From NCBI RefSeq assembly GCF_018350175.1, contig NC_058368.1:223140001-223204000 (forward strand): a stretch of 64,000 nucleotides of DNA. Direction: 5' to 3'. Numbering within the stretch: position 1 is the first letter of the stretch; the number at the start of each line of letters is the position of its first letter. Shown piece by piece: positions 37,955 to 52,020 of the stretch. The notes below the pieces were generated by a model. It made no database searches. It was not told the origin of the DNA and saw only the letters and a list, made by a program, of their open reading frames with translations. Made by a program: the position numbers and the translations under genes. The stretch comes from Felis catus (lineage: Eukaryota).

Positions 37955-39923
37955 AAGTAGAAAAGGGAGGCATAGGGAGGACAGATGATGACATTTGCGA
38001 AGAATTCCAATTGCTGGCTAGGGATACAGAGGAAGAGGGCAGAACACTAAGTGCAATATGGGAAGCTGCTAGAATGTGGAAGAAGGCAAGGGTTCTCCCC
38101 TAGAGCCTTTAGAAAGGAATGTAGCCACACTGACACTTTTATTTTAGGGCAGTTATGACTCATTTCAGACTTCTGACCTATAAAATTATAAGATAATAAC
38201 TTTGTAATGTTGGAAGCCACTAAAATCATGGTATTTTGGTGCAGAAGCAATGGGAAACTGATATAGCAAGCCTAAGGAGGTGTTTTAAGTTTTGCCTTTC
38301 ATAAATAAATCATTTGAACTTTCTGAGAATAAAGGTATGGAATATTGTTAAGTATATAATAATGATACCATTAACCTGAGATTGTTATATTGCTCAACAT
38401 TATAAATTGTTGCAAAAAATCCTATCAAACCTGAAGGATGTTTTTTTAAAGCAGAATGCAAAGTATAATTACCCCTAATTGAAGAAAACAATGTATCTTA
38501 CCTAATGTGTACTTTATTGTCCCCAACAAGTACTTTGTACTTCTATTAATACGAGTCTACTGGACTTTTGGTTCCTGTGTTCAAATATGATTTAAAGAGT
38601 GTCAAATTTTTTGTACAGCTCTTTTAGGTAGTTTACTCATTTATGTAACAATACAAACAGCAATTTACAAATTAAGTAAAAAAAAAATGGAATGTTTAGC
38701 AAAGTAAACCACCTCCCCCCCCCGCTTTTTTTTTTTACTTTTATAGTAGGAAATATTCAACTTTTGAGCAATACCATTTTATAAAAAGCAAACTTCACCA
38801 TGATAGGCCATTCCATAGCTTAGAGGGTATAAAGATTTAACCTGATATGACTAACAAATATGGATTTAGAATGAGAATATGGAAATCTGTGTTTCTTTAC
38901 TGATCTATTTTTTTAAATAAGTGAATGAAATGACTCTTAAGTAGGGAAAAAGTTACTTAGCCTCCCATTCTGAATGGCTCTTCCTCATGTTTAAAGCATA
39001 ACATTCGTGAGAATGTTCACAGAAAAATGTTGAGCATATTTCAAATGCATAAAAATGAAAAGAATGGAGTAAAGCATATCTTCTAGTAGTAAGTGGCTAA
39101 CTACAATTTTTGTTCAGTCTTTGAAATGTCCCAGACATATCATTTACTCTTACCTGGTTACCCTATTCAGCCTGTGGTTCTCATAGTGACGATTGACCTG
39201 CCCACCTGCACATGAATCTTTACAGAGCAGGAAGAGAAGACAAATGAGTAACACACACCAGTCTCCCCTAATCTAGCTGTCTGGTAATATTGCAAGCACT
39301 GGAAAAAAAAAATTGTTGATCTGAGCTTCCACATTCGTGATCTGAGTTCTGTGATTTGCTCTCAAAGCCCCTGGCTGGCCACCCAGGGGCAGAACCTACT
39401 CTGGATCACGTGTCCGTCCCTGGCACCTAATCAAGTGACATTTCATTTTCCTCTTAAATGTTTGCTTTTCTGATTTATATTCTTTCTAGTAATTCCTTAA
39501 ATGGTAGGTGCTCAGTATAACAAGTAGACGGGTAAGATTAACAACCAACCTTTCCCCTTCTTCCTCCCCTACTCAGCTGAAGTATCCCGAAATTAGAACT
39601 TTTATCCATCAGTCTTTCTGTATACATCTATAAATCATGCATGAACATATATGTGCATAGAGATATAATATGGACATAGACCTTTCTCTACTTAATGTAA
39701 ATGTAGTATGTGATTTTACTGTACAACACATTTTTTTACATAAAATTAGATCACTAAGCTCTCTATAAATCAATAACAGCAGTCTGAATCTTCCTTGTCT
39801 TTATTGTCTCAAGATTAATTTGTTTTCAGTCCTGCTTCTGTCTTTATGTCCTGCCACACTGCGTATCTTTTCTCTTTTGTCCTTCATCATTCAGTCTTAT
39901 CCCTCCAAATTTTTATTTGCTCC

Positions 39924-40295
39924 TGTGTTAGTTAACTTGGGCAGACACAACAAAATTCCATGGACTGTGGGGCTTAAACAATAGGAATTTTTTGCTCATA
40001 GTTCTAGAGGCTGGTAAGTCCAAGATCAAAGCGCTGACCAATTCAGTTATCTGGCAAGCACTCTCCTTTCTCTTCCTGCTTACAGATGGCCATTCGCTGT
40101 GTCCTCATATGGCAGAGAGCAAGCTCTCAGGTGTCTGTTCTTATAAGGTCAACTATTCTCATATGAGCACCCACTGTCACGACTTTATCTAAATCGAATT
40201 TCCTACTCAAAGGCCCTTCTCCAAATACCATCACTCTGGGGGTTAGGGTTTCCACGTAGGAAATTTGCAGGTACACAGGTCAGTCCGCAGCAACA
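39924..40295 (-). mobile_element. MLT1A-like MaLR solo LTR
   Basis: TGTGTTAGTT..GGCTTAAACAA..CTCATAGTTCTAGAGGCTGG.AAGTCCAAGATCAA..GGGGTTAGG..GCAACA; 5-bp TSD GCTCC/GTTCC. Confidence 0.88.
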
Positions 40296-40595
40296 GTTCC
40301 TTCTTCTGTTTTCCTATTTTCAACTCTTTTTAAAATTATTTTATTAGTATTATTGTTATTTCGAAACACCCTATTTCTTCCTTCTGCCATTCTTTATTCT
40401 TCTGATCATCCCAATCTCCTCAATGTGTTCCAGTCCTTATGCACCTCTTTCTCCAGTCACCTTTTGTGACTTTAAAAATGCCTCTGATGTTATAGCCCTT
40501 TGTTGTTCTGAAACCCTTCAAAATACTAGAAACTAAGTCTACACGCCTTCCCTTAAATGTTTCAGGTGACAGTCATCAATTATGTCATTTTTCCA

Positions 40596-40598
<3 letters not shown>

Positions 40599-40644
<46 letters not shown>
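40599..40644. repeat. (TG)n microsatellite
   Basis: About 23 TG units. Confidence 0.95.
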
Positions 40645-40647
<3 letters not shown>

Positions 40648-40749
40648 ACATGTGCACACACACACATGCGCTATCTGAATGTAAGTGTATGTAAATATAC
40701 AGAGAATAATATATGGTATATGATACTTATGTGCATGCACAAAATATAT

Positions 40750-40977
40750 TATTATTATTATTATTATTATTTATTATTATTAGCATTTTATAGAGAGTGT
40801 CAGTGGTGTGGTAGGTAGGGCTAGAGGGAGAGACCCTTAAGTAGACATCGCACCTAACACAGAGCCCCACCCAGCACATGGGCTTGGTCCATTACCCCCG
40901 AAACCCCTAGAGGAGACCATGACATGAGCTGAAATCTAGAGGCAGACACTCAACTGACTGAGCCACCCAGGCACCCC
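40750..40977 (-). mobile_element. Diverged CAN-SINE with a (TTA)n tail
   Basis: The tail has become (TTA)n; body ends GCCACCCAGGCACCCC. Confidence 0.88.
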
Positions 40978-41958
40978 ATGTATTATCTTTTTCTCAACTC
41001 TTTTTCCTATAATTACGTAGGGTGCCCAAATCTGTGACATTTTGTATTGCCAATGATATCTAAAGACTTTTTCCCCTGGATGTATTAAATGCATGATGTA
41101 AAATGAAATTTAAAATTATTTGTCTCAGAGTTTTTAAAACAGAGTTCTGGAAGTTTCATTAGGCAAGATGTACTTGCATCCACTTATTATTCACTTGAAT
41201 AGTAAAAAGAACTCAGGAAATGACAATCGGTAGTACATGTCTCACTGGTTTGAAATAGTCAAGGCATGAATCACCCTTTCAGATGAAATGTTCTCACCAA
41301 CTTTGAAGGCCGCTCTTGTGTGATTCTGGAGATGGGTAGCAGTTGAGAATAGCTTGTTTTTCTGAGAAAGCATCTCACTCTATTTCCAGTCCAGTGCTAA
41401 GGAGGATTTCATGTGTATGCAAAAAGGTATTTTTAACACAAATTTGGTATTAGCATCGTGGAATTGCTGACTCTTCCGAGTGTAAAATTGTGGCTTTCAG
41501 AAAGAAGTAAACTGGGACACTCTGTCAGCATCCTGGAAATGATACCCATTCTCCACTAAAGGAAATGCCAAACATTTAAAATGAAAAAGCAACAGATTAA
41601 CTCAATGAAAAGGCAAGATGGTTCTAATCAATAAACTCTACAAGAGTCGTTTATTGTTAGCTAATACTTATGTCTCTAACTATACCAACAAAAAAAGTAT
41701 TCTTTATAAAGGTTGGATTTTCTAAAAGACATGAAATATTTAAAATAACAATTCCTTCACATCAGATCATGTTCAATTGTGATCGATCTTTCTGCTCTGT
41801 GTAAATACTAATGGAGAGCTTACGTTTCGGATATTTATCAAAGTGCACATTTCTCCTGGACATTCCATAATTTATTTTTCTGCATATTAATTTTTCTCTG
41901 AATACCAGTACCTTTTCTCCCACTTATTACCTTTCATTAAAAAATTACTGCCTAAGAT

Positions 41959-42123
41959 GGGGTGCCTGGATGGCTCAGTTGGTTAAGTGTCTGACTTCAG
42001 CTCAGGTCATGATCTCACAGTTTGTGAGTTCAAGCCCTGCATTGGGCTCTGTGCTGACAGCTCAGAGCCTGGAACTTGCTTAGGATTCTGTGTCTCCCTC
42101 TCTCTCTGCCCCTCCCCCGCTCA

Positions 42124-42161
<38 letters not shown>

Positions 42162-42172
42162 AATAAACATTA
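41959..42172 (+). mobile_element. CAN-SINE (SINEC_Fc-like)
   Basis: TSD AAAATTACTGCCTAAGA on both flanks. Confidence 0.96.
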
Positions 42173-42619
42173 AAAAAATTACTGCCTAAGAAAATAACAA
42201 TTTTACAAAATACAAATATAGCACATTTTGGCAAAATATTTTTCATTGGAGGAAAAATGAGTTTAGCAGAATTTTTTATTGAATATAGACTTGATATACT
42301 GAAAACGTTGGAGAAACTAATGTGTACTTCAAACTCAGATTTTAATTAGCTTATTGATTTATTTACATTTACATGTATACATATGTAAATGTACATATTT
42401 ACATTTACATATATAACATTTATCGTTATATAAATTACCATTTATGATTTATTTGTATGTGCGTAGTTAGCCATGCTAACTGGAAGTCTTTTCTAGGACT
42501 TCTAGATGTTGGGAAGATGTTATTAGCGTCATTTGCGTAGTCAAGTCCTACAAGTTCACAGACTTGCCCAATGGGTCACACTTCATTGTAGGTGAACCAC
42601 AATGGAGCATGCCCTGTCC

Positions 42620-43920
42620 TCTTCCCTGCTTTATACTTCATCACCACCCACACTTCATACCTCCTTGACCCCAGCTCTCACGCTGATGACCATGACTCCT
42701 GTAACAATTATAAACTTTCTAAAATCATGGGACAGTTACTACCTCATGTCACCTCCACCAAATCTACACATGACCCGGTACCTAAATTCTAATTCCTTTT
42801 CTCTGCTCAAATTCTAGTGAAAGGACATTCCTGCTATTCTCCATACCCTGTTCTCAGGGTCCCGCCTCCCACCAACCTACTCTGACTCCTCCTCTTAACT
42901 GGTTGCATCCTCGTATCATCCCTTCCTAACAGATCAAATTCTATATATTCAGTATACCCAGTTCTATATATTGTACCCCTAAAATATATTTTGCACATAT
43001 TTTATATAGGTGTATTTCATATATGCTGGCATCACACTAATTCAGTTCACAACGACCTCTTCTGCAATAGTTTCCTCTCATTTGCTTTCATCAGCAAATG
43101 CTGTCCTTCAATTCTCTACCCTATACCAGCTAGCAGTAACTTCTTAAAAATATAAATCAATAGGTGTTGTCCTCTTTCAAAACCCTTCAATGAATCTCAA
43201 TTTTACTGAGACTATTTAAGCTCTTGTCAAGGCCTCTAAAGTCCTATATGACTTCATACAACTTCCCTCTCCAACTTGATCCTCACTTATTCCTGACAAA
43301 TTATATACTATCATGCTTCCCATCTTCATATATGTCAAACCTTTCTTGAGGCATTTGAACATGTTATGTCTTCTGTCTGATATGTCCTTCTCTCCTAGTT
43401 TTCTATGGTTGTCCTTTTATCCTTCCTATTTAATCTCATCCAATTAAAAATAATGCCCTTTTCCCTAAAGTAGTTATCTGTTATATTAGCCTTTTTCTGA
43501 TGCTCTTCAAAGCTATTTTTTTTTATTTTTTTAAACGTTTATTTATTATTGAGAGACAGAGAGGGACAAGAGCATGAACATGGGAGGGGCAGAGAGAGGA
43601 GGAGACACAGAATCCAAAGCAGGCTCCAGGCTCTGAGCTGTCAGCACAGAGCCTGATGCGGGGCTCGAACTCACAAACTGCAAGATCATGACCTGAGCCG
43701 AAGTCGGATGCTTAACCGACTGAGCCGCCCAGATGTCCCAAAAACTACTATTTTTTAAAATAAATTTAATCCCTTTTTTTCACCTCCATCTAAAATGTAA
43801 ACCCTACGTGAACCAAGATCTTGTTTTTCATTCACCTTTGGATCCCCAGTGTTTAAAATATTGCCTGGCACATAACCCAGAATATATTCCATAAAATATA
43901 AGACAAATATATTCATTGAC
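42620..43920 (+). mobile_element. L2 LINE fragments (degenerate), interrupted by a SINE
   Basis: CAAAACCCTTCAATG..GGCATTTGAACATG..GCCTGGCACATA L2 motifs. Confidence 0.5.
43516..43739 (-). mobile_element. CAN-SINE (SINEC_Fc-like)
   Basis: Full antisense body. Confidence 0.95.
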
Positions 43921-43949
43921 TGTAATTGAAACAAGTCAGAAGTAAACTT

Positions 43950-44030
43950 TAAAAAAAATAATAATTGAAGTACACATGGAAATACTGTGTAAGTCATGCA
44001 CCTACAGATAAATTACTGCAAGTTCAACAC

Positions 44031-44067
<37 letters not shown>

Positions 44068-44540
44068 TATTGCCTGCTTTCCAGAAACCTTCCTTGTATA
44101 CCTTCACAGTCCCTCTCTCTTCCCCAGATGTAACCTTTTTGCCTCCTGACATCTTATAACATTGATGAATTTTGTGCACTTTATATAATGTGAATCATAC
44201 AGTTTGGTTCGATTGTACTCAGCTTCTCAACATTACTTGTGTATAGATCATCCGTTTGTTGGTTAAATCAGTAGGTTTTATTAATTTTTTTTTCATTTTA
44301 TTACTGTAGATTATTCCATTGTATGAATATACTGTAAGTCACCATTCTGCTGAAGGGCATTTGGCTGGTTCCAGTTACCATTAAAAATAATACAGCTGTG
44401 AACATTCTTGTGTTTGAAATCTGGAGGAGATATGTGGCCTTTTTACTGGGTGTATACTAGGAATGAAATGCTGTGTTGTAGGGTGAGCTTATGTTCAACA
44501 TTAAAAGAGAGAGCCTAATGCTTTTCCAAAGTGGATGTAA
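43950..44540 (-). mobile_element. Old L1M 3' fragment (antisense)
   Basis: TATTCCATTGTATGAATATAC..CCATTCTGCTGAAGGGCATTTGG..GCTGTGAACATTCTTGT..TTTTCCAAAGTGG. Confidence 0.7.
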
Positions 44541-45243
44541 TGCATTAGTATTCATGTTCTATAACTGAATTCATCAGTTGTTTTTATTTTTCCATTTGAT
44601 TATTGGTAACTAGCTATCTTTATTTTTTATGGCCATTTGAAAACAAATTTTAGGAACTAGATGCAGGGTTTTAGTGATTGGAAATTGAAAGGCTTTCTGA
44701 GTGTGTAGATTTGGCAATTTTGAAATTCTCTGAACATATTTTTTATTTACTTTAACAGTTCTTCAAGTAAAATGGTAAAATGCAAAATAAATACAATGTA
44801 GTAAGTATACTTATTTCAGATGCTAGAGAAACAAATTATGCTTTGTAACTTGTGAGGATAATCTATGAATGAGGAAAAAAAAGGCCATGGGAAAAATAAG
44901 TGAGCTTATCCATTTTGTTTATCATATTTAAAACATGAATCAGGCTTCAAATGTCATTGGTAGATAACACCACCATTGGGACAGAAGAAGAATATCACCT
45001 TTTGTTTCTATCTTTCATTAATTACTACAAAGATAGTTATTGACAAAGAAAGAATGGCAGTTTCAATGATGGGAAGCAAATGTTTGCATTTTTTTAATAA
45101 CTTAAACACTTCTCTCATTTTTGTAATGCTTATTGGCATAATGGGGACAGCCTTAGAGTTGCACCATGCTTGTCTTTGCAAGGAAGCTCCGATGATATAT
45201 TTCATATCTTTTTCCACAAAATCTTTTTTAGGGACATTGGATT

Positions 45244-45462
45244 AAAAATAATAACCTTTATTTATTTTTGAGACAGAGAGAGATAGAGCATGAGTGGGGG
45301 AGGAGCAGAGAGACAGAGGAAGAGACACAGAATCCAAAGCAGGCTCCAGGTTCCCAGCTGTCAACACAGAGCTGGAGGACGAAGGGCTCAAACTCAGGGG
45401 CCATGAGATCATGACCTGAGCCGAAGTCAGACACTTAGCAGACTGAGCCACCCAGGCACCCC
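45244..45462 (-). mobile_element. CAN-SINE
   Basis: Perfect TSD AGGGACATTGGATT. Confidence 0.96.
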
Positions 45463-46584
45463 AGGGACATTGGATTTTTAATCTTTCTTTAATTAGATTC
45501 ATAAGAAATGTGTATCATTAAAATCTGATACCAGCTCTGGATGAATGAGAAACTACAAATCATTGTTGTGAAATACTGACTTAGTGGTTATTATTATATT
45601 AGGAAAAGGTTGTTCTTAAAATATTTACTTACAAACAAACATTTTGGATATTTGTTGTATTATATATTCTCAGAGTCAGAAATTTTACTTCCTTTTGTTC
45701 TGAGAGAGTTGCATTTATTCAATAAACATGTTTTGTTCTAATTTGATTCATCTTAAAATCATCATGTTAAAATCATAATAAAAACAGTAAAATGTATTTT
45801 TTAGAATAAAATCTAAAAGTAAGGAAGACATGCTCTGACAGTTAGAAATGGAATATGATGAGATCATTCCACAAATTTTAATAAGCTATTTTATTTTCCT
45901 GCAAAACAGTCATTCAGTTTCAATATTCTTAATTATTTGATATTTTTTTGAAAAAGCCTGTTTTAACTCTATATATCAATAAGTTATCTTCACTAGAAAT
46001 TCTAATTGGATTGTTTTCATTATTATTTAAAATACCAAATTGATCTTGCATGGATGAGCAAATAATCTTTTTCATGTGCTAATACACGTCTCCAGCTTAA
46101 ACGTGATTTTTAAAGTGTAAATAAATACATTAAAATTATTTTCCCTGCTAAGAATTTTTTAAAAATACTGTTATGAACTGCATCCCATGAGCCTAATGAG
46201 CTTAGCATTTCCATTTTTATTCAGTTAGATCTTTCGCAGTTGGCATCATTTATCCACAAAACCACATAGACTTTTAAAATAGAAAGTAATATGGTATTAG
46301 TTTCAAATACTTGAGATAGTTAGAAGGTTTATTGTATTATATACCAATTAACCTGATTATATTTTAAAGCTTTAATCACCTTTTCCTATGTGATTTTAAA
46401 ATTTTAAAAATGCTATGCAAAAGTATAATATACTTAACATATGCCTTGGAACAGAAGGACATTCTATTTAATTGATAAACTTCAAATATCCAAATTTATA
46501 TTTATTCTAAATTTAAAAACTACTGGACATGACAATGTCTGTAGGTTTTAGGGAAATATTTTTTTATAATTTCTAGTATATATA

Positions 46585-46804
46585 TTTTTTTTAATTTTTT
46601 TTCAACGTTTATTTATTTTTGGGACAGAGAGAGACAGAGCATGAACGGGGGAGGGGCAGAGAGAGAGGGAGACACAGAATCGGAAACAGGCTCCAGGCTC
46701 TGAGCCATCAGCCCAGAGCCCGACGCGGGGCTCGAACTCACGGACCGCGAGATCGTGACCTGGCTGAAGTCGGACGCTTAACTGACTGCGCCACCAGGCG
46801 CCCC
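46585..46804 (-). mobile_element. Young felid SINE (SINEC_Fc)
   Basis: Nearly all CpGs retained; TSD TCTAGTATATAT. Confidence 0.97.
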
Positions 46805-48222
46805 TCTAGTATATATTTTTATTGTTTATTTATTGACTTGCTTTTCTGCCTCACTTTTCTTCTTGCCACTTTGCATCTGTAGGCATGCCCAGTGTTCTTT
46901 TAATGGCCATTTGCTTCTATGTATTCTTACTCCCTTGTTCAGCTCATCGACTTTCATGGTCCTCACTCATAATTTTATGACTCCATGTATCTTAGCACTG
47001 ACCCTTAACTTCTGATCTGATCTTTATTTCCAATAATGAACAGACTTCTGCCATGTTATCCTGTTCTTTCCTCCAAACTTATCAGGTATATAACACTATT
47101 AGATTTACAATACTAGATCTTGACTTACGTTACTATAACAAGGTCCTAATTTATAAACGATTTAGGACCCCTCTTCGTGGATCTAACAGTATTGATTTTT
47201 CTTATAATAAAAACAATAATGTATTATGCCTTCTTTTACTTCTCTGAGACCAACAGGATGTAGTATAAAGAGTGTGAGATTTCGAATGAGTCAGAAATTG
47301 TTTTGAAGCTTGATTACATTAATATTTGTAGCACCACAGGCACATTATTTAATTTTCTATTTATAAAATTGCACAGCACTAACTGAGAGGATTAAAATGT
47401 TATGTTTCTAGCACAGCACAGTGTCAAGTGTAGAGAAGGCCCTCGGTAGAATATGGGTCTTTACCATTTGTGTGCTAGCAGTTAATCTTCAGATTTTTCT
47501 ATTTATATCATTGACAGCACTATGATTCCATCAAAGTCAGAAAGCCGAAAGTCATGGTTGGATATTCCTTCTCCAGTCTGATTCCCATTCTATCATTTCA
47601 TCATGAACGTGTCTAACAGTCAAATTTTCTGTATTCCAGTGACTAGCACTGGGCATTATCCTTAATCTGGTTTATTTGGCTTATGGTGGTTCTGATTGCA
47701 ATTCTTCTCTTTTCTGTTAATTATCATTCTTCCACTTTTTTTTTTCTTTTATGGCCTAGGAGTTCTACAAACTGCTTGAGGGCAAACATCACATCATTCA
47801 TTTATCTTATATGTCATACTAGCATGGTGGTATGCTATGTGAATGATATATATTTTAATTGGTTGGTTTGGAAGTAACATAGAAAATTGCATTTTGACAT
47901 TTAGATCTGATGCCTCCTCAATATGATTATACTTTTTCGTTACCTAGGTATATTTTACTTTATTTTAAAAATCAGCCCTATCCAAATGTGAGAATATTCT
48001 GAAATGACTTTAAAGCAGCTCACCAGAACCATTAATTAAATGCATCGCCTTTATTTATTGTTGACTACATGAATAAGTATGCACATGGCTCTTGAGAATA
48101 ATGGCTTGCAGTTTGCTAATGAGAAGGAAAGTTTATCCCAAAATGCCATTTTTTAAACTCACTTCAATGAGTAGAATATTCAACAACTAGAATCTGTTTA
48201 TTAAAAAGAAAAAGAAAAAGTT

Positions 48223-48437
48223 GGGGCACCTGGGTGGCTCCGTCAGTTAAGCATCCAACTTCAGCTCAGGTCATGATCTCATAGTTTGTGAGTTGGAGCC
48301 CCACGTAGGGCTCTGTGCTGACAGCTCAGAGCCTGGAGCCTGCTTCGGATTCTGTGTCTCCCTCTCTCTCTGCCCCTGCCCTGCTCATGCTCTCTGTCTC
48401 AAAAATAAATAAAAACATTCAAAAAAAATTTAAAAAA
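48223..48437 (+). mobile_element. CAN-SINE (SINEC_Fc-like)
   Basis: Full body; AGAAAAAGTT duplicated on both flanks. Confidence 0.95.
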
Positions 48438-49561
48438 AGAGAAAAAGTTGTTTTTCTTATTGAATGATGTGGCAATTTTGCTACTGTTTTAGACTTTTTG
48501 ATTAATGTATCATTTTCCATACTTCAGATATAGAGAGAATAAAAGAATGTATACCATCCAATTGGAACATAAAATTATATGTATAGCTAATGTGATATTA
48601 AAATGAGATAAACTTTTCCCTTTCTCATCCAGATTTATGAGCTCTTAATCTTTTCTCAGGCTTCCATATTCCTAGTTATTAAAGATTAGAAGCCCAACTA
48701 ATATCCATAAAAGTTATGCCATATTTTTCTTTCTGAACAAGAACATTATTGGAAATATTATTTATATCTCATCATAATTGAATTAAATAATCTGAACAGA
48801 ATGGCTGCACAGGAATAGCATATACTATGCCTTACTAACCAGTATCCTCCACTTATGTGTTTAGAAGTGATCGATCATCTTTCTTTTCGTATATAAATCA
48901 AATCAGGTTGTAAAGTAGTCCGTTCAAACACAAAATAAAAATATTGTTGTCTTCCTGAAAACTCATTTTTTTAATGATAGCTACGTACCATCTGTTCAGT
49001 ATTTACTGCAGGTATTGAGATTGTAGAAGAAGGAAACCAAATGTTTTGTTCCATTGTACTGCACACCTACCTCCTCAGTCTTGCAAGTTTCTTCACTGGG
49101 TGGGATTTAGCCATTGATTGACTTGGCAGGGCAGTACATTAAGAAATTCTGTTCTCTGCTAACACTCTTCCCGACAACAATGTAACAACCCTAGATTTTT
49201 CTATGCCTCTTCTGTTTTCCTTGTTCCTTCCTTACACCTAACCGCACAGGGGCGTCTAGGCCACAGGATAGTGATCTCCTGTACGGGTTTTTGTACTACC
49301 CCCGCTGATCAGCCAAGTGAAAAAAAACATCCAAAACGTCGATCCCATAATTCTAGTTCATTAATTCAACTTAAGTAGGTACTTTATTAATACATAATGC
49401 TATTAAGATTATTTTCATTGTGTTTATATCAGGAAAATTTGTACAAGATTTTTAAAATACACTAAAGATAGAAATAGAAATAATGTCTGAATGCATCAAG
49501 CCATCTAAACACACAGTGTATACATTGTATATACATTATATATACATTCATATTTAGTTTC

Positions 49562-50070
49562 CCAAATATTTGGCAGGATGTACCAGTGAAGCCATCTGGT
49601 CCCAGAGTTTACTGAGAGGTTTTTAGTTACTAATTCATTCCCTTTACTCACTATGGGTCAGTTCATATTTTCTATTTCTCCCTGATTCAGTCTTGGAAGG
49701 TTGTATATTTCTAGGAATTTATCCTTTTCTTTCATGTTTTGTAATTTGTTGACACAGTAGTCTCTTACGATCCTATGCATTTCTTTAAAATAAATTGTAA
49801 TGTCTCCTTTTATTTTTAATTTTATTTGAATCTTCTTTTTTTCTCAGTCTACCTAAAGGTTTCTCCGTTTGGTTTTTCTTCTTGAAAAACCATCTCGTAG
49901 TTTTGTTGATCTTCTCTTGTTTTTCTGGTCTTTATTTCGTTTATGTCTACTGTGATTTTAGTATTTCCTTCCTTCTGCTAATTTCAGGCTCAATTTATTC
50001 TTTTTCTAGTTCCTTGATGTGTAAAATTAGGTTGTTTGAGATCTTTCTAATTTCTGTATGAAGATTTCTC
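49562..50070 (-). mobile_element. L1 ORF2-region fragment (antisense)
   Basis: CCAGTGAAGCCATCTGGTCC..TTCAGTCTTGGAAGGTTGTATATTTCTAGGAATTTATCC..TTCCTTCCTTCTGCTAA. Confidence 0.85.
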
Positions 50071-50179
50071 TCTCGTCAGAAATCTATTACATTGGTTCTT
50101 CCTGTTATTCTCACATAGATATTGTTAACTTATCTTCAAATAGAATTTATACTTACTGTAAATTTCAAGAGAATCGAAG

Positions 50180-50405
50180 TTTTTATTAAAAAAAATCAGT
50201 GGTTTATTTTTGACAGAGAAAGGGAGAGACAGAGTGCGAGCAGGGGAGGGGCAGAGAGCTACAAAGAGGGAGACAGAATCCAAAGCAGGCTCCAGGGTCT
50301 GAGCCGTCAGCACAGAGTCCAATACGGGGTTTGAACTCACGAACAGTGAGATCATGGCCTGAGCCGAAGTTGGACACTTAACCCACTAAGCCACCCAGGC
50401 ACCCC
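50180..50405 (-). mobile_element. CAN-SINE
   Basis: Antisense body ending GCCACCCAGGCACCCC. Confidence 0.95.
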
Positions 50406-50428
50406 AATTTTTTAAGAATAGCTTGTAG

Positions 50429-50648
50429 GGGGTGCCTGGGTGTCTCAGTCGGCTGGGCGTCCGACTTCGGCTCAGGTCATGATCTCACAGTCCGTGGGTT
50501 CGAGCCCCGCGTCGGGCTCTGTGCTGACAGCTCAGAGCCAGTAGCCTGCTTCCAATTCTGTGTCTCCCTCTCTCTCTGACCCTCCCCCGTTCATGCTCTG
50601 TCTCTCTCTGTCTCAAAAATAAATAAACATAAATTTTTAAAAAAAAAA
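50429..50648 (+). mobile_element. CAN-SINE (SINEC_Fc-like)
   Basis: TSD AAGAATAGCTTGTAG/AAGAATAGCTTATAG. Confidence 0.96.
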
Positions 50649-51420
50649 AAGAATAGCTTATAGGATTGCTATGCTTGCATTGTTCATTTTTATTTCAACC
50701 CATGTAAAGTAATACTGATTTATTTTTTTAAATGTCTGTTTACTTAAATTTTGAAAATGTGCATGGAAGAAGGCCAGAGAGAGAGCCACCTAGGCTCCCC
50801 CACCCCCCCCAATTTATTTATTTTTTATGTACATGTAGAAATTGCATCAAGTACAAAATTAAGAGCACCTATAATCCTACCATTCAAAAATAATCTCTGT
50901 AAACGTTAAATATTCTTCAGAGAATATATACATGGAATCACTTATGTTACACATTGCATATATACTGGGTCTAAAATACTTTGGCAGCAAATGATACAGC
51001 ATTGGGTGTCCTAGTAGCCTTAAATATTTTGATATAAATTTGCATGGATGTATAAAAATGATATCCAGCCTATTGTGTCTGTCTCTTTGGTTTATGACTG
51101 CTGCTGCTGCCATCATTGGTATGGTCAATTTTGTTCATACGTTTTGAATTTCTGATTGTCTTCTTAGCTTAGTTCCTATAATGGAGCTACCCAAAAATGC
51201 ATTTTTTTATTCTAAATGTATAGTTTCATGTTACACTTCAAAACTTTACTCAAGTTCTCTTCAACCTGTCTGCATGACTAACCCATTTTGTGTGCCTTCA
51301 TTGACTACTCAGCTGGCTGAGTGCATTTTCTGATACAACATATGGAAAGTAGGTCTTTTCTGTCATGATCTATTTCTAAAAAGTTTCAATCAAGTCGTAG
51401 CCATGATGAATACATCTGGA

Positions 51421-51620
51421 GGGGCTTCTGGATGGCTCTGTCAGTTAAGCGTCCAGCTCTTGATTTTGGCTCAGGTCATGAGCTCACAATTCATGAGTTC
51501 AAGCCCTGCGTCAGGCTTGGGCTGACAAGACAGAGCCTGCTTGGGATTCTGTCTCTTCTCTCTCTCTTCCCCTTCTCTGCTCTCTCTCTAAAAATAAATA
51601 AATAAACATTAAAAAATAAA
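51421..51620 (+). mobile_element. CAN-SINE
   Basis: GGGGCTTCTGGATGGCTC..CAGGTCATGAG..AATAAATAAATAAAC. Confidence 0.92.
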
Positions 51621-52020
51621 TAAAAACATTTGAAAATTCTGGGTATTATGTTTGTTTGTTTTTTTTTCTATTTCATACTATTCTCACTTTCTGACAGTGT
51701 TTTTGTTTTATACCTTTAAGTGAGGTTAGATTGGAATGAAAGTAACTTAATAATTGTCATCCTCTTGAGTATCATTGGAAAGTTCATAAAATAATGTATG
51801 CCAACATAATTTGAGAGCTCAAGAAATAAACCTGTTTGTTTTAAAAGACCTCATAAATAGTGTAAATCGATGATTTTGTGAAAAATTCTGTAATCTAAAT
51901 GTGTAAACAGGGTATAGATATTGGCCTCTCCATGAGGGTTATGCTTATGATGGCTCATTGTTGCTGTTTATGTTGTTTTTCTTTCAGATCTCTTAATAGC
52001 AATAATTCTGGGTCGATTTT

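Larger units (their letters stand above)
37355..38265 (+). mobile_element. MLT1D-like MaLR solo LTR interrupted by two SINEs
   Basis: Starts TGTTGTGGGCAGAATAACGGTTCCCAAAGA; contains GATTATCCAG and CTCCCCTAGAGCCT; ends GCAATGGGAAACTGATATA. Confidence 0.85.

Noticed and set aside
39373..39392. CTCF-like motif TGGCCACCCAGGGGCAG (similar partial matches near 24655 and 59170)
   Set aside because: Mismatches at core positions; cannot be supported without PWM scoring or ChIP data.
42364..42393. Inverted repeat TACATTTACAT / ATGTAAATGTA
   Set aside because: 11-bp arms in AT-rich low-complexity sequence are expected by slippage or chance.
44034..44064. Isolated ~30-nt poly-A run suggesting a retrocopy tail
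   Set aside because: No upstream mRNA-like or SINE body and no TSD; it lies within an old L1 fragment.
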